DNA of 64,000 bases from Bacteroidales bacterium (lineage in GTDB: Bacteria; Bacteroidota; Bacteroidia; Bacteroidales; VadinHA17). A program made the position numbers and the translations under genes. Under the pieces are notes generated by a model that did no database searches, was not told where the DNA came from, and was given only the letters and a program-made list of their open reading frames with translations. The stretch lies in contig JBEKFE010000016.1 in NCBI GenBank assembly GCA_050013475.1, positions 5,257 through 69,256 of the forward strand, written 5' to 3'. Positions 30,043-39,282 of the stretch are shown in pieces. Position 1 is the stretch's first letter. Every line of letters starts with the position of its first letter.

Positions 30043-30825
30043 ATGGGAACATTCTTATTTGATAAAATAATTTTTGGCCCTGTCAGCAGCAGAAGGCTTG
30101 GCGTATCGCTCGGTATCAATTTGCTTCCGGGAGCAAAGAAGGTATGTAATTTCAATTGCATCTACTGCGAATGCGGCTGGTCTCAGCCCGTTGAAAAGAA
30201 AGGCGGCTATCTTCCACGCCGTGAAGAGGTGTCGGAATCGCTGGCTTCAAGGCTTCAGGAGATGAAGGTGAGAAACGAATCACCCGATGTCATTACATTT
30301 GCAGGCAATGGCGAACCGACGCTTCACCCCGATTTTCCTTCCATAATCGACGATAGCATCAAGCTCAGGAATCAGTTTTTCCCCGGGGCAAAAATTGCGG
30401 TGCTTTCAAATGCCACTACCATCAACAGTCCCGCGATCAGGGATGCCCTTCTTAAGATAGACATGAACATCCTGAAACTTGATTCTGCATTTGACGAGAC
30501 AATACGGATACATAACCAGCCCAGGGCTGAGGTTAGTGCCGCTGAACTGATAGAAAACCTGAGAAAATTCAATGGAAGGCTTATTATTCAGACTCTATTC
30601 CTGAGGGGCCGGTTCAATGGAAGGATAATTGACAATACGACGCCAGAGGAGATAAATGCCTGGCTTATGGCACTCGAAAGGATAATGCCTTCATCTGTAA
30701 TGATCTATACGATATCGCGCGATACGCCAGACGAAGGATTGCTGCAGAAGGTGCCGTCTGAAGAGCTGAAGCATATCGCATCAAGAGTGGAAAAGCTGGG
30801 GATACCGACCCAGGTATCGGGTTGA
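30043..30825 (+). CDS. radical SAM protein
   Basis: CNFNCIYCECGW is a CxxxCxxC cluster. The ATG at 30043 is preferred; a GTG at 30025 is possible. Confidence 0.75.
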   Translation: MGTFLFDKIIFGPVSSRRLGVSLGINLLPGAKKVCNFNCIYCECGWSQPVEKKGGYLPRREEVSESLASRLQEMKVRNESPDVITFAGNGEPTLHPDFPSIIDDSIKLRNQFFPGAKIAVLSNATTINSPAIRDALLKIDMNILKLDSAFDETIRIHNQPRAEVSAAELIENLRKFNGRLIIQTLFLRGRFNGRIIDNTTPEEINAWLMALERIMPSSVMIYTISRDTPDEGLLQKVPSEELKHIASRVEKLGIPTQVSG

Positions 30826-31916
30826 AGTTGCAGAAGGTAAAAAACATACTTATCTGTCCTCTTGAATGGGGACTCGGTCATGCAGGCCGCATGATACCCG
30901 TTGCATCTGAACTTATTGCGGCAGGTAATAATGTACTTATCGGATCTGGCACAGAGCTTGCCGAGCTCTTCAGAAATGAGGTCGACGGACTGAAATATAT
31001 AAGCTTCCCGGGCTTCAGGATAAGATACTCGGGATGGCTGCCACAATATCTGAAAATAATCCTGAGCGCTCCATCCTTCGCATACCATATTATAAAGGAG
31101 CACAGGTTACTGAAAAAAATTATAAAGGAGTATTCCGTTGATATAGTGATCAGCGACAGCAGGCCTGGATTATGGAATAAAAATATAAAGACTGTTTTCG
31201 TATCCCATATGATGAGGGTGCCCTGTCCAAAGGCCCTCCGGTTCGCTGATGCCGCAGGCATTGCGCTTATCAGAAAACTGATCTCAAGATTTGATTACTG
31301 CTTTATCCCGGATCTCCCAGGAGAATTGAACCTCTCGGGCAACCTGTCCCATGGCGTCAAATACCAGCAAAACGTAAGATTTATCGGGATCCTGTCGAGG
31401 TTCAGCCTGGAAAACCAGGAACCGGTCAATTTAACTGCGAAGTACTATTGCACGGTTATCTTATCGGGACCGGAGCCCCAGAGAAGCATGCTCAGGAACA
31501 AGCTTGCCGGCATACTTGAAAGATCAGGAAAGCCATCAGTCATCCTTGAGGGCAAGCCAGGAGGAAGATCGTATAGTGTTACCAGAGGCAACCTGTTATT
31601 TATCGATCATCTTCCCGCAGCGGAAATGAAAAAAATTATCCTCGGGAGCCAGCATATTATAACAAGGTCGGGGTACACCACCCTCATGGAGCTTGTAAGT
31701 CTGCAAAAGAGCGCGCTTATTATTCCCACGCCAGGTCAGAGCGAACAGGAATACCTGGCATGTCTGATGGTAGAACGGGGCTGGTTCGTCTCCGCAAGTC
31801 AGGATTCTCTTGAAGATGATCTTGTCCTGCCAGGTAACCATACAGGCTTGTCTGATGGGATCACCGTTGAAAGCAGAAGGCTGCTCAGGGATGCACTTAA
31901 TGAGTTACTGGAATAA
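30822..31916 (+). CDS. glycosyltransferase (GT-B fold, MurG/GT28-like C-terminal domain)
   Basis: WGLGHAGR near the N-terminus and ITRSGYTTLMEL ... PGQSEQEYLA in the C-terminal half. The TTG start overlaps the upstream stop. Confidence 0.65.
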   Translation: MKLQKVKNILICPLEWGLGHAGRMIPVASELIAAGNNVLIGSGTELAELFRNEVDGLKYISFPGFRIRYSGWLPQYLKIILSAPSFAYHIIKEHRLLKKIIKEYSVDIVISDSRPGLWNKNIKTVFVSHMMRVPCPKALRFADAAGIALIRKLISRFDYCFIPDLPGELNLSGNLSHGVKYQQNVRFIGILSRFSLENQEPVNLTAKYYCTVILSGPEPQRSMLRNKLAGILERSGKPSVILEGKPGGRSYSVTRGNLLFIDHLPAAEMKKIILGSQHIITRSGYTTLMELVSLQKSALIIPTPGQSEQEYLACLMVERGWFVSASQDSLEDDLVLPGNHTGLSDGITVESRRLLRDALNELLE

Positions 31917-32540
31917 GAGCATAAGGCCTGCCGGTACGACCAACCCGGTCAGAAATCCGGCATATACTTCGGAAGGGCTGTGGGAATTAAGTCTCAGTCT
32001 CGATGAAAGTATCAGGCCTGCAATCAGGACAGTCGCGCCAAGATAAAATGGCAATGAAGCGGACATCCTGAGTGAAAGTACAAGTACAACAGAGATCAGC
32101 GCTCCGGCTCCTGCTGAATGAAGGGAGATCTTCCACCATCTGTTCACTGTCAGAAGTATCAGGGAGAGGAACGTGAGCGAAAATGCATATACTCTGAGAA
32201 AGAGAGGTATCTGAAGCCTGGAAAGGATGAAGGCAGTTACCGCAAAAAGCAGTGAAACCGCCATGAGCGGGATCGTTCTCTCGGTCCGGTTTTCGATAAC
32301 CCATGATCTGACAAGGTTCCTGTACCTGAAAAGAGGCATGAGCAGTATTGGAATAAAAACATTGTTTACGACGAAAATAAAAAAAAGGATCTCCTTGGCT
32401 CTTATTGGAATGTACCAGAACAGGGTCGGTGCGGTAAAGATCACCAGCAGGCTGTAGAGTGGAATGAATAACGGATGAAAGATCACTGAAACCGTTCTTG
32501 CCATCAGCAAAGCCATTTTGCCATTCGTGTTTGTACCCAT
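31905..32540 (-). CDS. PAP2-like membrane phosphatase
   Basis: 211 aa with about 6 TM helices. SLHSAG and SRLRLNSHSPSEV resemble PAP2 motifs C2/C3. Confidence 0.5.
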   Translation of the reverse strand: MGTNTNGKMALLMARTVSVIFHPLFIPLYSLLVIFTAPTLFWYIPIRAKEILFFIFVVNNVFIPILLMPLFRYRNLVRSWVIENRTERTIPLMAVSLLFAVTAFILSRLQIPLFLRVYAFSLTFLSLILLTVNRWWKISLHSAGAGALISVVLVLSLRMSASLPFYLGATVLIAGLILSSRLRLNSHSPSEVYAGFLTGLVVPAGLMLLFQ

Positions 32541-34000
32541 CAGATCTCCTTTCTCATTCTTGCAACGGGTATATTAAGCTGTTCCCTGTATTTTGCCACA
32601 GTCCTTCTCGCGATCTGGTAGCCTTTTTCCTGGAGTATCTCTGTAAGCCTTTCATCGGTCAGCGGTCTGCGTTTTTCCTCGTTGCTGATGCAATCCTGCA
32701 GTATTCTTTTGATCTCTCGTGTTGAAACTTCTTCACCTGCATCTGTCTGCAGCCCTTCGGAGAAAAAGAATTTAAGAGGGAATATCCCGAAATGTGTCTG
32801 GATGTATTTGCTGTTAGCCACCCTTGAAACTGTTGAAATGTCAAGACCTGTCATCTCTGCGACATCTTTAAGGATCATCGGCTTGAGCTTCGTCTCATCA
32901 CCTTCGATAAAATACTCCTCCTGGTACTCGAGAATGGCATTCATTGTAAGAAGAAGGGTATTCTGGCGTTGCCTTATCGCGTCGATGAACCATTTTGCAG
33001 AGTCTATCTTCTGCTTTACGAACATAACGGCATCTTTCATTTCTTTCTTCTCACCCTTGCTCCTGCTGTATGTCTGCAGCATCTCCTGGTATGCCCTGCT
33101 CAGTCTTAGTTCAGGCAGGTTCCGTGAATTAAGATGAAGGTCGAATCCTTCCTCATTTATCTCAAGGATAAAGTCGGGGATGATCTGCGGGGATGACTTT
33201 GAGTAAGGGTCGTTAAATGAGCCTCCCGGCTTTGGGCTGAGCTTGAGTATCTCATCATTTGCCTCCTTCAGCTCCTCCTCGCTGATGCCAAGCCTGGCTA
33301 TAATCTTGTCGTAATGCCTTTTTGTGAACTCCTCAAAATAGTCGCTAAGGATGGTATGAGCAAGCCTGGCTGAAGGAAGAGCTAGATCCTTCTTTTCAAG
33401 CTGTAGGATAAGGCATTCCCTCAGAGAACGCGCTCCAACACCTGCAGGTTCAAGGTCCTGAATCACAGCCAGGACCTTTTCAAGCTCCTCCTCCGTGGTT
33501 GTAACATTTTGAAGAAAAGCCAGGTCGTCAACGATATTTGCAAGCTCTCTCCGCAGGTACCCGTCCTCATCTATATTCCCGATAATATAGTCGCCAAGTA
33601 TCCTCTGTTCGGGGGTAAGTTCCCTGAGCCCGAGCTGTGATTCAAGCAGTTACTGGAATGAAGAGCCTGAAGAGAACGGAATCTCCATCCGTTTGTCGTC
33701 GTCCCTGCTGTAGTTTGAAGTCTGGATCCGGTATTCGGGAATGTCGTCATCATCGATATAATCATCAATGGTGAACTCATCCTGGTCCTTATCCTTATCG
33801 TTTTCCCCGGTGACTTCCTCCTCCTCCGCCTGGCTGACCTCTTCCTCCTCATTTCCCTCCTCAAGGGCAGGATTTTCCTCGAGCTCCTTCTTGATCCGCT
33901 GCTCCATTTGCATCGTCGGAATTTCAAGCAGCTTGATCATCTGGATCTGCTGCGGGGAAAGCTTCTGAAGTAATTTCTGCTGTAACCGCTGTTTTAACAT
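32540..34000 (-). pseudogene. rpoN: RNA polymerase sigma-54 factor with one in-frame TAA (33650-33652)
   Basis: N-terminal ORF: MLKQRLQQKLLQKLSPQQIQMIKLLEIP (region I). C-terminal ORF: core-binding region plus RpoN box ARRTVAKYR. My hand translation shows both parts are in one frame, ...SSGSSFQ-TAA-LLESQLGLRELTPEQRILGDYIIGNIDEDGYL..., for 486 codons overall. Confidence 0.75.
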
Positions 34001-34036
34001 TATTCTCCCCTCCGGGTATTACCCAAAGTTATCTCA

Positions 34037-35425
34037 TCAAAAATCAGCATTCCTGGGTGTCCTGGGAAATGGGATCACATCCCTTATATTCGACATTCCG
34101 GTAACGAACAGTATGAGCCTTTCGAAGCCGAGTCCAAATCCGCTGTGAGGTGCTGTGCCGTACTTACGGGTTTCCAGATACCACCAGAAGTCTTTCTCCT
34201 TCAGCTTCAGTTCATTGATCCTGTTGAGAAGCTTGCTGTGCATCTCTTCGCGCTGCGATCCGCCTATTATCTCTCCAATCCCCGGAAAGAGAACATCCAT
34301 AGCCCTTACAGTCTTGCCGTCGTCATTCTGCTTCATATAGAATGCCTTTATATCTTTTGGATAATCGATAAGGATCACGGGTCTTTTAAAATGCTCTTCA
34401 ACCAGGAACCTTTCATGTTCGGCCTGAAGGTCACGTCCCCAGCCTACAGGATACTCCCATTTCTTACCCGATTTTGTAAGAATATCCATAGCTTCCGTAT
34501 AGCTGATCCTTACAAAGCTGTTTCCGAGCACGAACCTGAGACGCTCGAGCAGACCCTTATCGATCATGCTGTTAAGGAATTCAAGATCTTCAATGCAGGT
34601 GTCAAGCGCATATTTTATAAGATACTTCAGGAAATCCTCGGCCAGGTCCATGTTGTCGTTCAGGTCGTAGAATGCCATTTCCGGCTCTATCATCCAGAAC
34701 TCTGCAAGGTGTCTCGGCGTATTTGAATTCTCTGCCCTGAATGTTGGTCCGAATGTATATATTTCACCAAGCGACAAAGCTCCGAGCTCACCCTCAAGCT
34801 GACCCGAAACGGTGAGGTTGGTCTCCTTGCCGAAGAAGTCAGAAGAGAAATTTACAGAGCCGTCCTCATTTTTCGGGATATCGGTAAGCGGCATAGTGGT
34901 TACATGGAACATCTCACCGGCTCCTTCACAGTCGCTTCCCGTGATTATGGGCGTATGAAGATAAAAGAAACCCCTGTCGTTGAAATATTTATGAATGGCG
35001 TATGCCATTGCATGCCTTATCCTGAAGACGGCGCCGAAAGTATTTGTTCTGAACCTCAGGTGGGCGATCTCACGCATGAATTCCATCGAATGACCCTTTT
35101 TCTGAAGCGGGTATGTCTCCCCATCAGCCTTGCCGTAGAGCTCTATATTTTCAGCGTTTATTTCCACGGCCTGCCCTTTTCCATGAGATTCTATCAGTTT
35201 CCCCGATACGGCCATGCAGGCACCGGTTGAAACATCTCTCAGGATCTTTTCATCAAACTTGTCAGGATTAATAACAATCTGGATATTATTGATCGTGGAG
35301 CCATCATTCAATGCAATAAATATGATATTCTTGTTATCTCTTTTTGTCCTTACCCACCCTTTTACAAGTACATTTTTCCCCACCGGAGATTCCGATAATA
35401 ATTGTTTGATCTTTTCCCGTTTCAT
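34037..35425 (-). CDS. asnS: asparagine--tRNA ligase
   Basis: 462 aa with an N-terminal OB fold ([10 protein letters not shown]) and class II motifs (FRAE, GLGFERL). Confidence 0.93.
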   Translation of the reverse strand: MKREKIKQLLSESPVGKNVLVKGWVRTKRDNKNIIFIALNDGSTINNIQIVINPDKFDEKILRDVSTGACMAVSGKLIESHGKGQAVEINAENIELYGKADGETYPLQKKGHSMEFMREIAHLRFRTNTFGAVFRIRHAMAYAIHKYFNDRGFFYLHTPIITGSDCEGAGEMFHVTTMPLTDIPKNEDGSVNFSSDFFGKETNLTVSGQLEGELGALSLGEIYTFGPTFRAENSNTPRHLAEFWMIEPEMAFYDLNDNMDLAEDFLKYLIKYALDTCIEDLEFLNSMIDKGLLERLRFVLGNSFVRISYTEAMDILTKSGKKWEYPVGWGRDLQAEHERFLVEEHFKRPVILIDYPKDIKAFYMKQNDDGKTVRAMDVLFPGIGEIIGGSQREEMHSKLLNRINELKLKEKDFWWYLETRKYGTAPHSGFGLGFERLILFVTGMSNIRDVIPFPRTPRNADF

Positions 35426-35738
35426 GTTTTACCGTTGAATTTTCAAAAAATAAACATGCAAAAATAGTAAATTGTTAGCCGCTAACTCTCAATAAATCAC
35501 CATTATTTTCTCTCATCGGTCAATGAGCCTTATTTTCAGCCTTTAAAACTCCGCCTTCCTGATCAAAAATGGCACTATTTTTGAGCGATATGGCAGATCC
35601 TTTCCTGAAAAACCTGAGATCTTTTAAAATATTTCATTGCTGCACGAGTTTTTAATATGAAGAGTCCCTTTGCACCCCGGGCAACAGATTTGATAATTGC
35701 TAAAATCTGAATAACTTTACATATAAAATGAAAATAAA

Positions 35739-36596
35739 ATGGCTATGGAAGAACATAAAAAGCTCATTGTAGTTCCGTGGGATTTTACTCATGTGGCCGA
35801 ACATGCACTTGCACATGCCGTGAAAATTAGCCGGATGGTTGGGAATGAGGTCTGCCTGCTTCATATTATTGATGATAAGATCAAGCCTCACGATGAATCT
35901 GCCGTTACAGAGAAACTTGTAAATGTTGCCGGGGAACAGGGGAAAAAATATAATATGCACATTGCCTCGCACCTTTCAAAGGGTTCGATCTTCAGTGCAA
36001 TTTCTGCTTTTGCGAATGACAAGGATGCAAGTCTTGTGGTCATGGGTACCCATGGAATGAAAGGAATGCAGAAGCTTACGGGGAGCTGGGCCCTAAAGGT
36101 CATTGTAAAATCAAAAGTGCCGTTTATTGTGGTCCAGGATCCGCCGAGAGATCAGGAGAGATATCATAATATCGTTTTCCCTGTTGACTTCAGGAATGAA
36201 AACAAGGAGAAGATGAAGATGGCGATATTCATGGGAAAATATTTTGATTCCAAGATCCATATCATCAAGTCACTCACCACCGACAAGAATCTTGCGAAGA
36301 AGACAAGCGTGAATATGAATTTTGCGGTCAAGTATCTTATGCAGAACAATATCGAATATGAGGTTCATGAACTGGCAAAAGGTGATATTGCTCAGCAGAC
36401 AATAGATTTTGCCCTGAAGATAAATGCAGACCTCATCCTTATCATCACGACCAAGAATATCACTTTTGCCGATTACATGGTTGGCGCATCCGAACAATAT
36501 ATTATTGCCAACAGCTCAAAAATACCTGTATGCTGTGTCAACCCGAAGGCATCCTTTGCAAAGGTCGGCCAGTTCATGGGTGGCTGGGGCGACTGA
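35739..36596 (+). CDS. tandem universal stress protein (UspA) domain protein
   Basis: Two Usp-like halves, LIVVPWDFTHVAEHAL ... LVVMGTHG and a second half ending in ANSSKIPV. Confidence 0.7.
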   Translation: MAMEEHKKLIVVPWDFTHVAEHALAHAVKISRMVGNEVCLLHIIDDKIKPHDESAVTEKLVNVAGEQGKKYNMHIASHLSKGSIFSAISAFANDKDASLVVMGTHGMKGMQKLTGSWALKVIVKSKVPFIVVQDPPRDQERYHNIVFPVDFRNENKEKMKMAIFMGKYFDSKIHIIKSLTTDKNLAKKTSVNMNFAVKYLMQNNIEYEVHELAKGDIAQQTIDFALKINADLILIITTKNITFADYMVGASEQYIIANSSKIPVCCVNPKASFAKVGQFMGGWGD

Positions 36597-36599
36597 GAA

Positions 36600-37484
36600 T
36601 TATTCCTTTTCACTCATTTTGGCCAGTGAGGCGAGTCCGCCGATCACACCAAGGTTCATTGAATCGAGTGCCGAGCTTGGAACAATGACCATTGAGCCTT
36701 TCTCTTTCAATCCTTCGAAAAGCATGTTCATACCCCTGAGGTGAAGTGCTATCGGATTATTGATATACTGCTCGCTGGCTTTGGCGAATTTTTCAGCGAT
36801 CTCCGTTTCAGCTGTCCCGAGTATTACTCTTGCTTTCCTTTCCCTTTCAGCCTGGGCCTGCTTGCTCATTGCATCTGCGAGGGCCGGCGGGATGACTATA
36901 TCCCTTATACCTACTGCCTGGCATGTTATCCCCCAGGGATTTGTATTTGTATCGAGCGTCTTCTGAAGATCCTCTGCAATTTTTTCCCTGTCCTGAAGCA
37001 GGTCGGCAAGTTCATGCTTACCTATAATATCGCGCAGATCGGTCTGGGCAATGAATGATATTGCCTTCACATATTCCTGGACCTCCAGGGCGGCCTTTTC
37101 AACATCCCAGACTGTCCAGTACACGACTGCATCGACATTAACGGGAACTGTATCCTTGGTCAGGGTCTGTTCGGCCTTGAATTCCGTTACGCGGACGCGC
37201 TGGTCGACATACGTGCTTACCCTGTCGAGTATCGGAAGAATGAAGAAGAGACCGGGGCCTTTGAGTCCCTGGAATTTCCCCATTCTGAGGACAACTGCTT
37301 TTTCCCACTGATCAGCTATCTGGATGGAGCTGGCGATCAGTACCGAAAGGATGATTGAAAAGGCAAGTAAAGGTTCGCTTGTGATCTTAAGGATGTAAAG
37401 TCCAAGTGATATGGCAAGAAGGATCACCAAAACTGTAACTGATACAGGATTGAAATTTGTGAGGAAGATTGGATTTGGTTTCAT
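36600..37484 (-). CDS. SPFH/band-7 (stomatin-like) membrane protein
   Basis: N-terminal TM helices followed by an SPFH core (VVLRMGKF, PILDRV, DQRV, AEREKRA-like helical tail). Confidence 0.85.
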   Translation of the reverse strand: MKPNPIFLTNFNPVSVTVLVILLAISLGLYILKITSEPLLAFSIILSVLIASSIQIADQWEKAVVLRMGKFQGLKGPGLFFILPILDRVSTYVDQRVRVTEFKAEQTLTKDTVPVNVDAVVYWTVWDVEKAALEVQEYVKAISFIAQTDLRDIIGKHELADLLQDREKIAEDLQKTLDTNTNPWGITCQAVGIRDIVIPPALADAMSKQAQAERERKARVILGTAETEIAEKFAKASEQYINNPIALHLRGMNMLFEGLKEKGSMVIVPSSALDSMNLGVIGGLASLAKMSEKE

Positions 37485-37855
37485 TTTGTATTTTGTTTTT
37501 GAAGTTCATTTACAACGTCCTGTTTTGTAAAACCGTAACTGTGCGCAATAGTGAGAAATTCATTGCAGATGCTTTCCAGCTTGGCTTTCAGCTCACCTGC
37601 CGGTATCAGCACCTCCGTCCTGCCTATAAAGGTCCCTGTTCCCTGCTGGGTCTCGAGGATATTCTGTATCTCCAGTTCCTTATAAGCCTTGGTCACCGTA
37701 TTCAGGTTAACCTTCAGATCGACAGCCAGGAATCTTACTGTAGGAAGCTGTTCCCCTGCCTGGAGGTTACCTGAAGCAATCCCATATTTTATCTGGTCGA
37801 TTATCTGCCGGTAAAACGGGACACCTGCCTTAGGATCCAAAACAAACTTGATCAT
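37481..37855 (-). CDS. GntR-family (YtrA-like) transcriptional regulator
   Basis: 124 aa with the winged-helix motif LPTVRFLAVDLKVNLNTVTKAYKELE. It overlaps the SPFH gene by 4 nt. Confidence 0.85.
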   Translation of the reverse strand: MIKFVLDPKAGVPFYRQIIDQIKYGIASGNLQAGEQLPTVRFLAVDLKVNLNTVTKAYKELEIQNILETQQGTGTFIGRTEVLIPAGELKAKLESICNEFLTIAHSYGFTKQDVVNELQKQNTK

Positions 37856-37985
37856 AGCATTATTGGATTAGTGTATTATATATATAGTACAATATTACTA
37901 TGATATTTTTAATTATCAAAATATTTTTAAAGGGTTTTATTGATAAAATGTGTCCCTTTTCCGCAGAGCAGGACTATGTCGCGTT

Positions 37986-38128
37986 GCTCCTTGCCTTCGG
38001 AGCCTAAACCGCCGTCAGTGTCCCGAAGCCCTGAAAGGGCGAGTAAGCCCCGGGAGGGGCTGAATACCAATAACCCCCGGCGAAACCGGGGGCAAATACT
38101 CCCTCCGGACCATAAGCCCCAACGGGGC
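37986..38128. repeat. cluster of C-run/G-run mini-hairpins
   Basis: Hairpins are gctcc..ggagc, gccctgaaagggc, gccccgggaggggc, cccccggcgaaaccggggg and gccccaacggggc. The 46-nt core at 38047-38092 is 44/46 identical to 63086-63131. Confidence 0.7.
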
Positions 38129-38199
38129 GTGACAATATTTTGTGAAAACTCCTTAATCCCCTATCTTAGCGCACGGTTTTTATCATTAGAAGAGATACA

Positions 38200-39111
38200 A
38201 TGTCGATCGTTGTAAAAGAGGTAACAAAATTTTACGGGGAGCAAAAGGCCCTGGATAATGTCTCCTTTGAGGTAAAGACAGGCCAGATCGTGGGTTTTCT
38301 CGGCCCCAACGGCGCCGGAAAATCGACGATGATGAAGATCATTACCGGTTTCATTCCTGCTTCATCAGGCAAGGTTTTTGTAAATAATATTGAAGCTGGC
38401 ACTGATGATCCTGAAATAAGGAAGAAGATCGGCTACCTGCCAGAGAACAACCCCCTTTACCCCGAGATGTATGTAAGGGAATACCTCCGGTTCGTAGCGT
38501 CATTTTATATCTCAGGAAAGAGGAGTTCAAAAGCTGTCGATGAAATAATATCCGTAACCGGACTTGCTCCCGAACAGAATAAAAGGATAGGGGCACTTTC
38601 AAAAGGATACAGGCAACGTGTAGGCCTTGCGCAGGCCCTGGTCCATTCACCTGAGGTGCTCATCCTCGATGAGGCAACATCGGGCCTCGATCCAAACCAG
38701 ATAATTGAAATAAGGAACCTGATAAAGGAGGCCGGAAAAGCCAAAACCATAATGCTCTCCACGCACATCATGCAGGAGGTGGATGCTATTTGCGACAGGA
38801 TCATAATAATTGACAAAGGCGTTATAGTTGCCGATGAAGACAAGGCTGGTATCTATTCAAAGATTAAAAAGCCGCGCCAGGTGGTCACTGTCGAATTTGA
38901 CAGGGAACCCGGAGAAGCAGCTCTCAGGGCAGCAACAGGTGCAACTTCGCTGAAACAGGTAAAAGCCGGTACCTGGGCCGTTGAATCAGAAGGTAATGAG
39001 GATATACGTCCTTTCATCTTTTCATTCGCTGTTTTAAATAATCTCACCGTACTCTCCCTGCAGAAGCAGGAGAGCAACCTCGAGGAGATTTTCAGGCTCC
39101 TTACATCCTGA
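38200..39111 (+). CDS. gldA: ABC transporter ATP-binding protein, GldA-like
   Basis: Walker A GPNGAGKST, signature LSKGYRQRVGLAQAL and Walker B LILDEATSGLD. The N-terminus (FYGEQKALDNVSF) and the 303-aa length fit gliding-associated GldA. Confidence 0.65.
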   Translation: MSIVVKEVTKFYGEQKALDNVSFEVKTGQIVGFLGPNGAGKSTMMKIITGFIPASSGKVFVNNIEAGTDDPEIRKKIGYLPENNPLYPEMYVREYLRFVASFYISGKRSSKAVDEIISVTGLAPEQNKRIGALSKGYRQRVGLAQALVHSPEVLILDEATSGLDPNQIIEIRNLIKEAGKAKTIMLSTHIMQEVDAICDRIIIIDKGVIVADEDKAGIYSKIKKPRQVVTVEFDREPGEAALRAATGATSLKQVKAGTWAVESEGNEDIRPFIFSFAVLNNLTVLSLQKQESNLEEIFRLLTS

Positions 39112-39282
39112 TTTTTTTGTTTATAACGATATTTTTTATTTGCTTTGTCCCGTCAAAACGCGGTGGAAAGATTTGAGCTGATTGCAACCACGGAAAAAAA
39201 ATGCTAAAACGCGGATATTCCGGATTTTCAAGTCAACCAATCTACCCATCCTGTTGTTTAACAATAAACTTAATTTCATTAT

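Noticed and set aside
33650-33652. The in-frame TAA in rpoN as evidence for stop-codon reassignment
   Set aside because: TAA is used as a genuine terminator elsewhere in the window, for example gldK at 12899-12901, metK and hom. TGA and TAG also end well-supported genes at the expected lengths. A genome-wide recoding is therefore not supported.
35426-35738. 313-nt gap between asnS and the Usp gene, examined for tRNA/sRNA
   Set aside because: It has no cloverleaf-compatible segments, no conserved RNA boxes and no terminator. It looks like an ordinary AT-rich divergent promoter region.
37940-38215. 91-aa ORF (also 56911-57105, 16823-17296, 62680-62919 and 24310-24504) overlapping repeat clusters
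   Set aside because: Their sequences (SPERASKPREGLNTNNPRRNRGQ, HGVTRSGT...) are simply translations of hairpin or stutter repeats. They have no start context and no coding-like composition.
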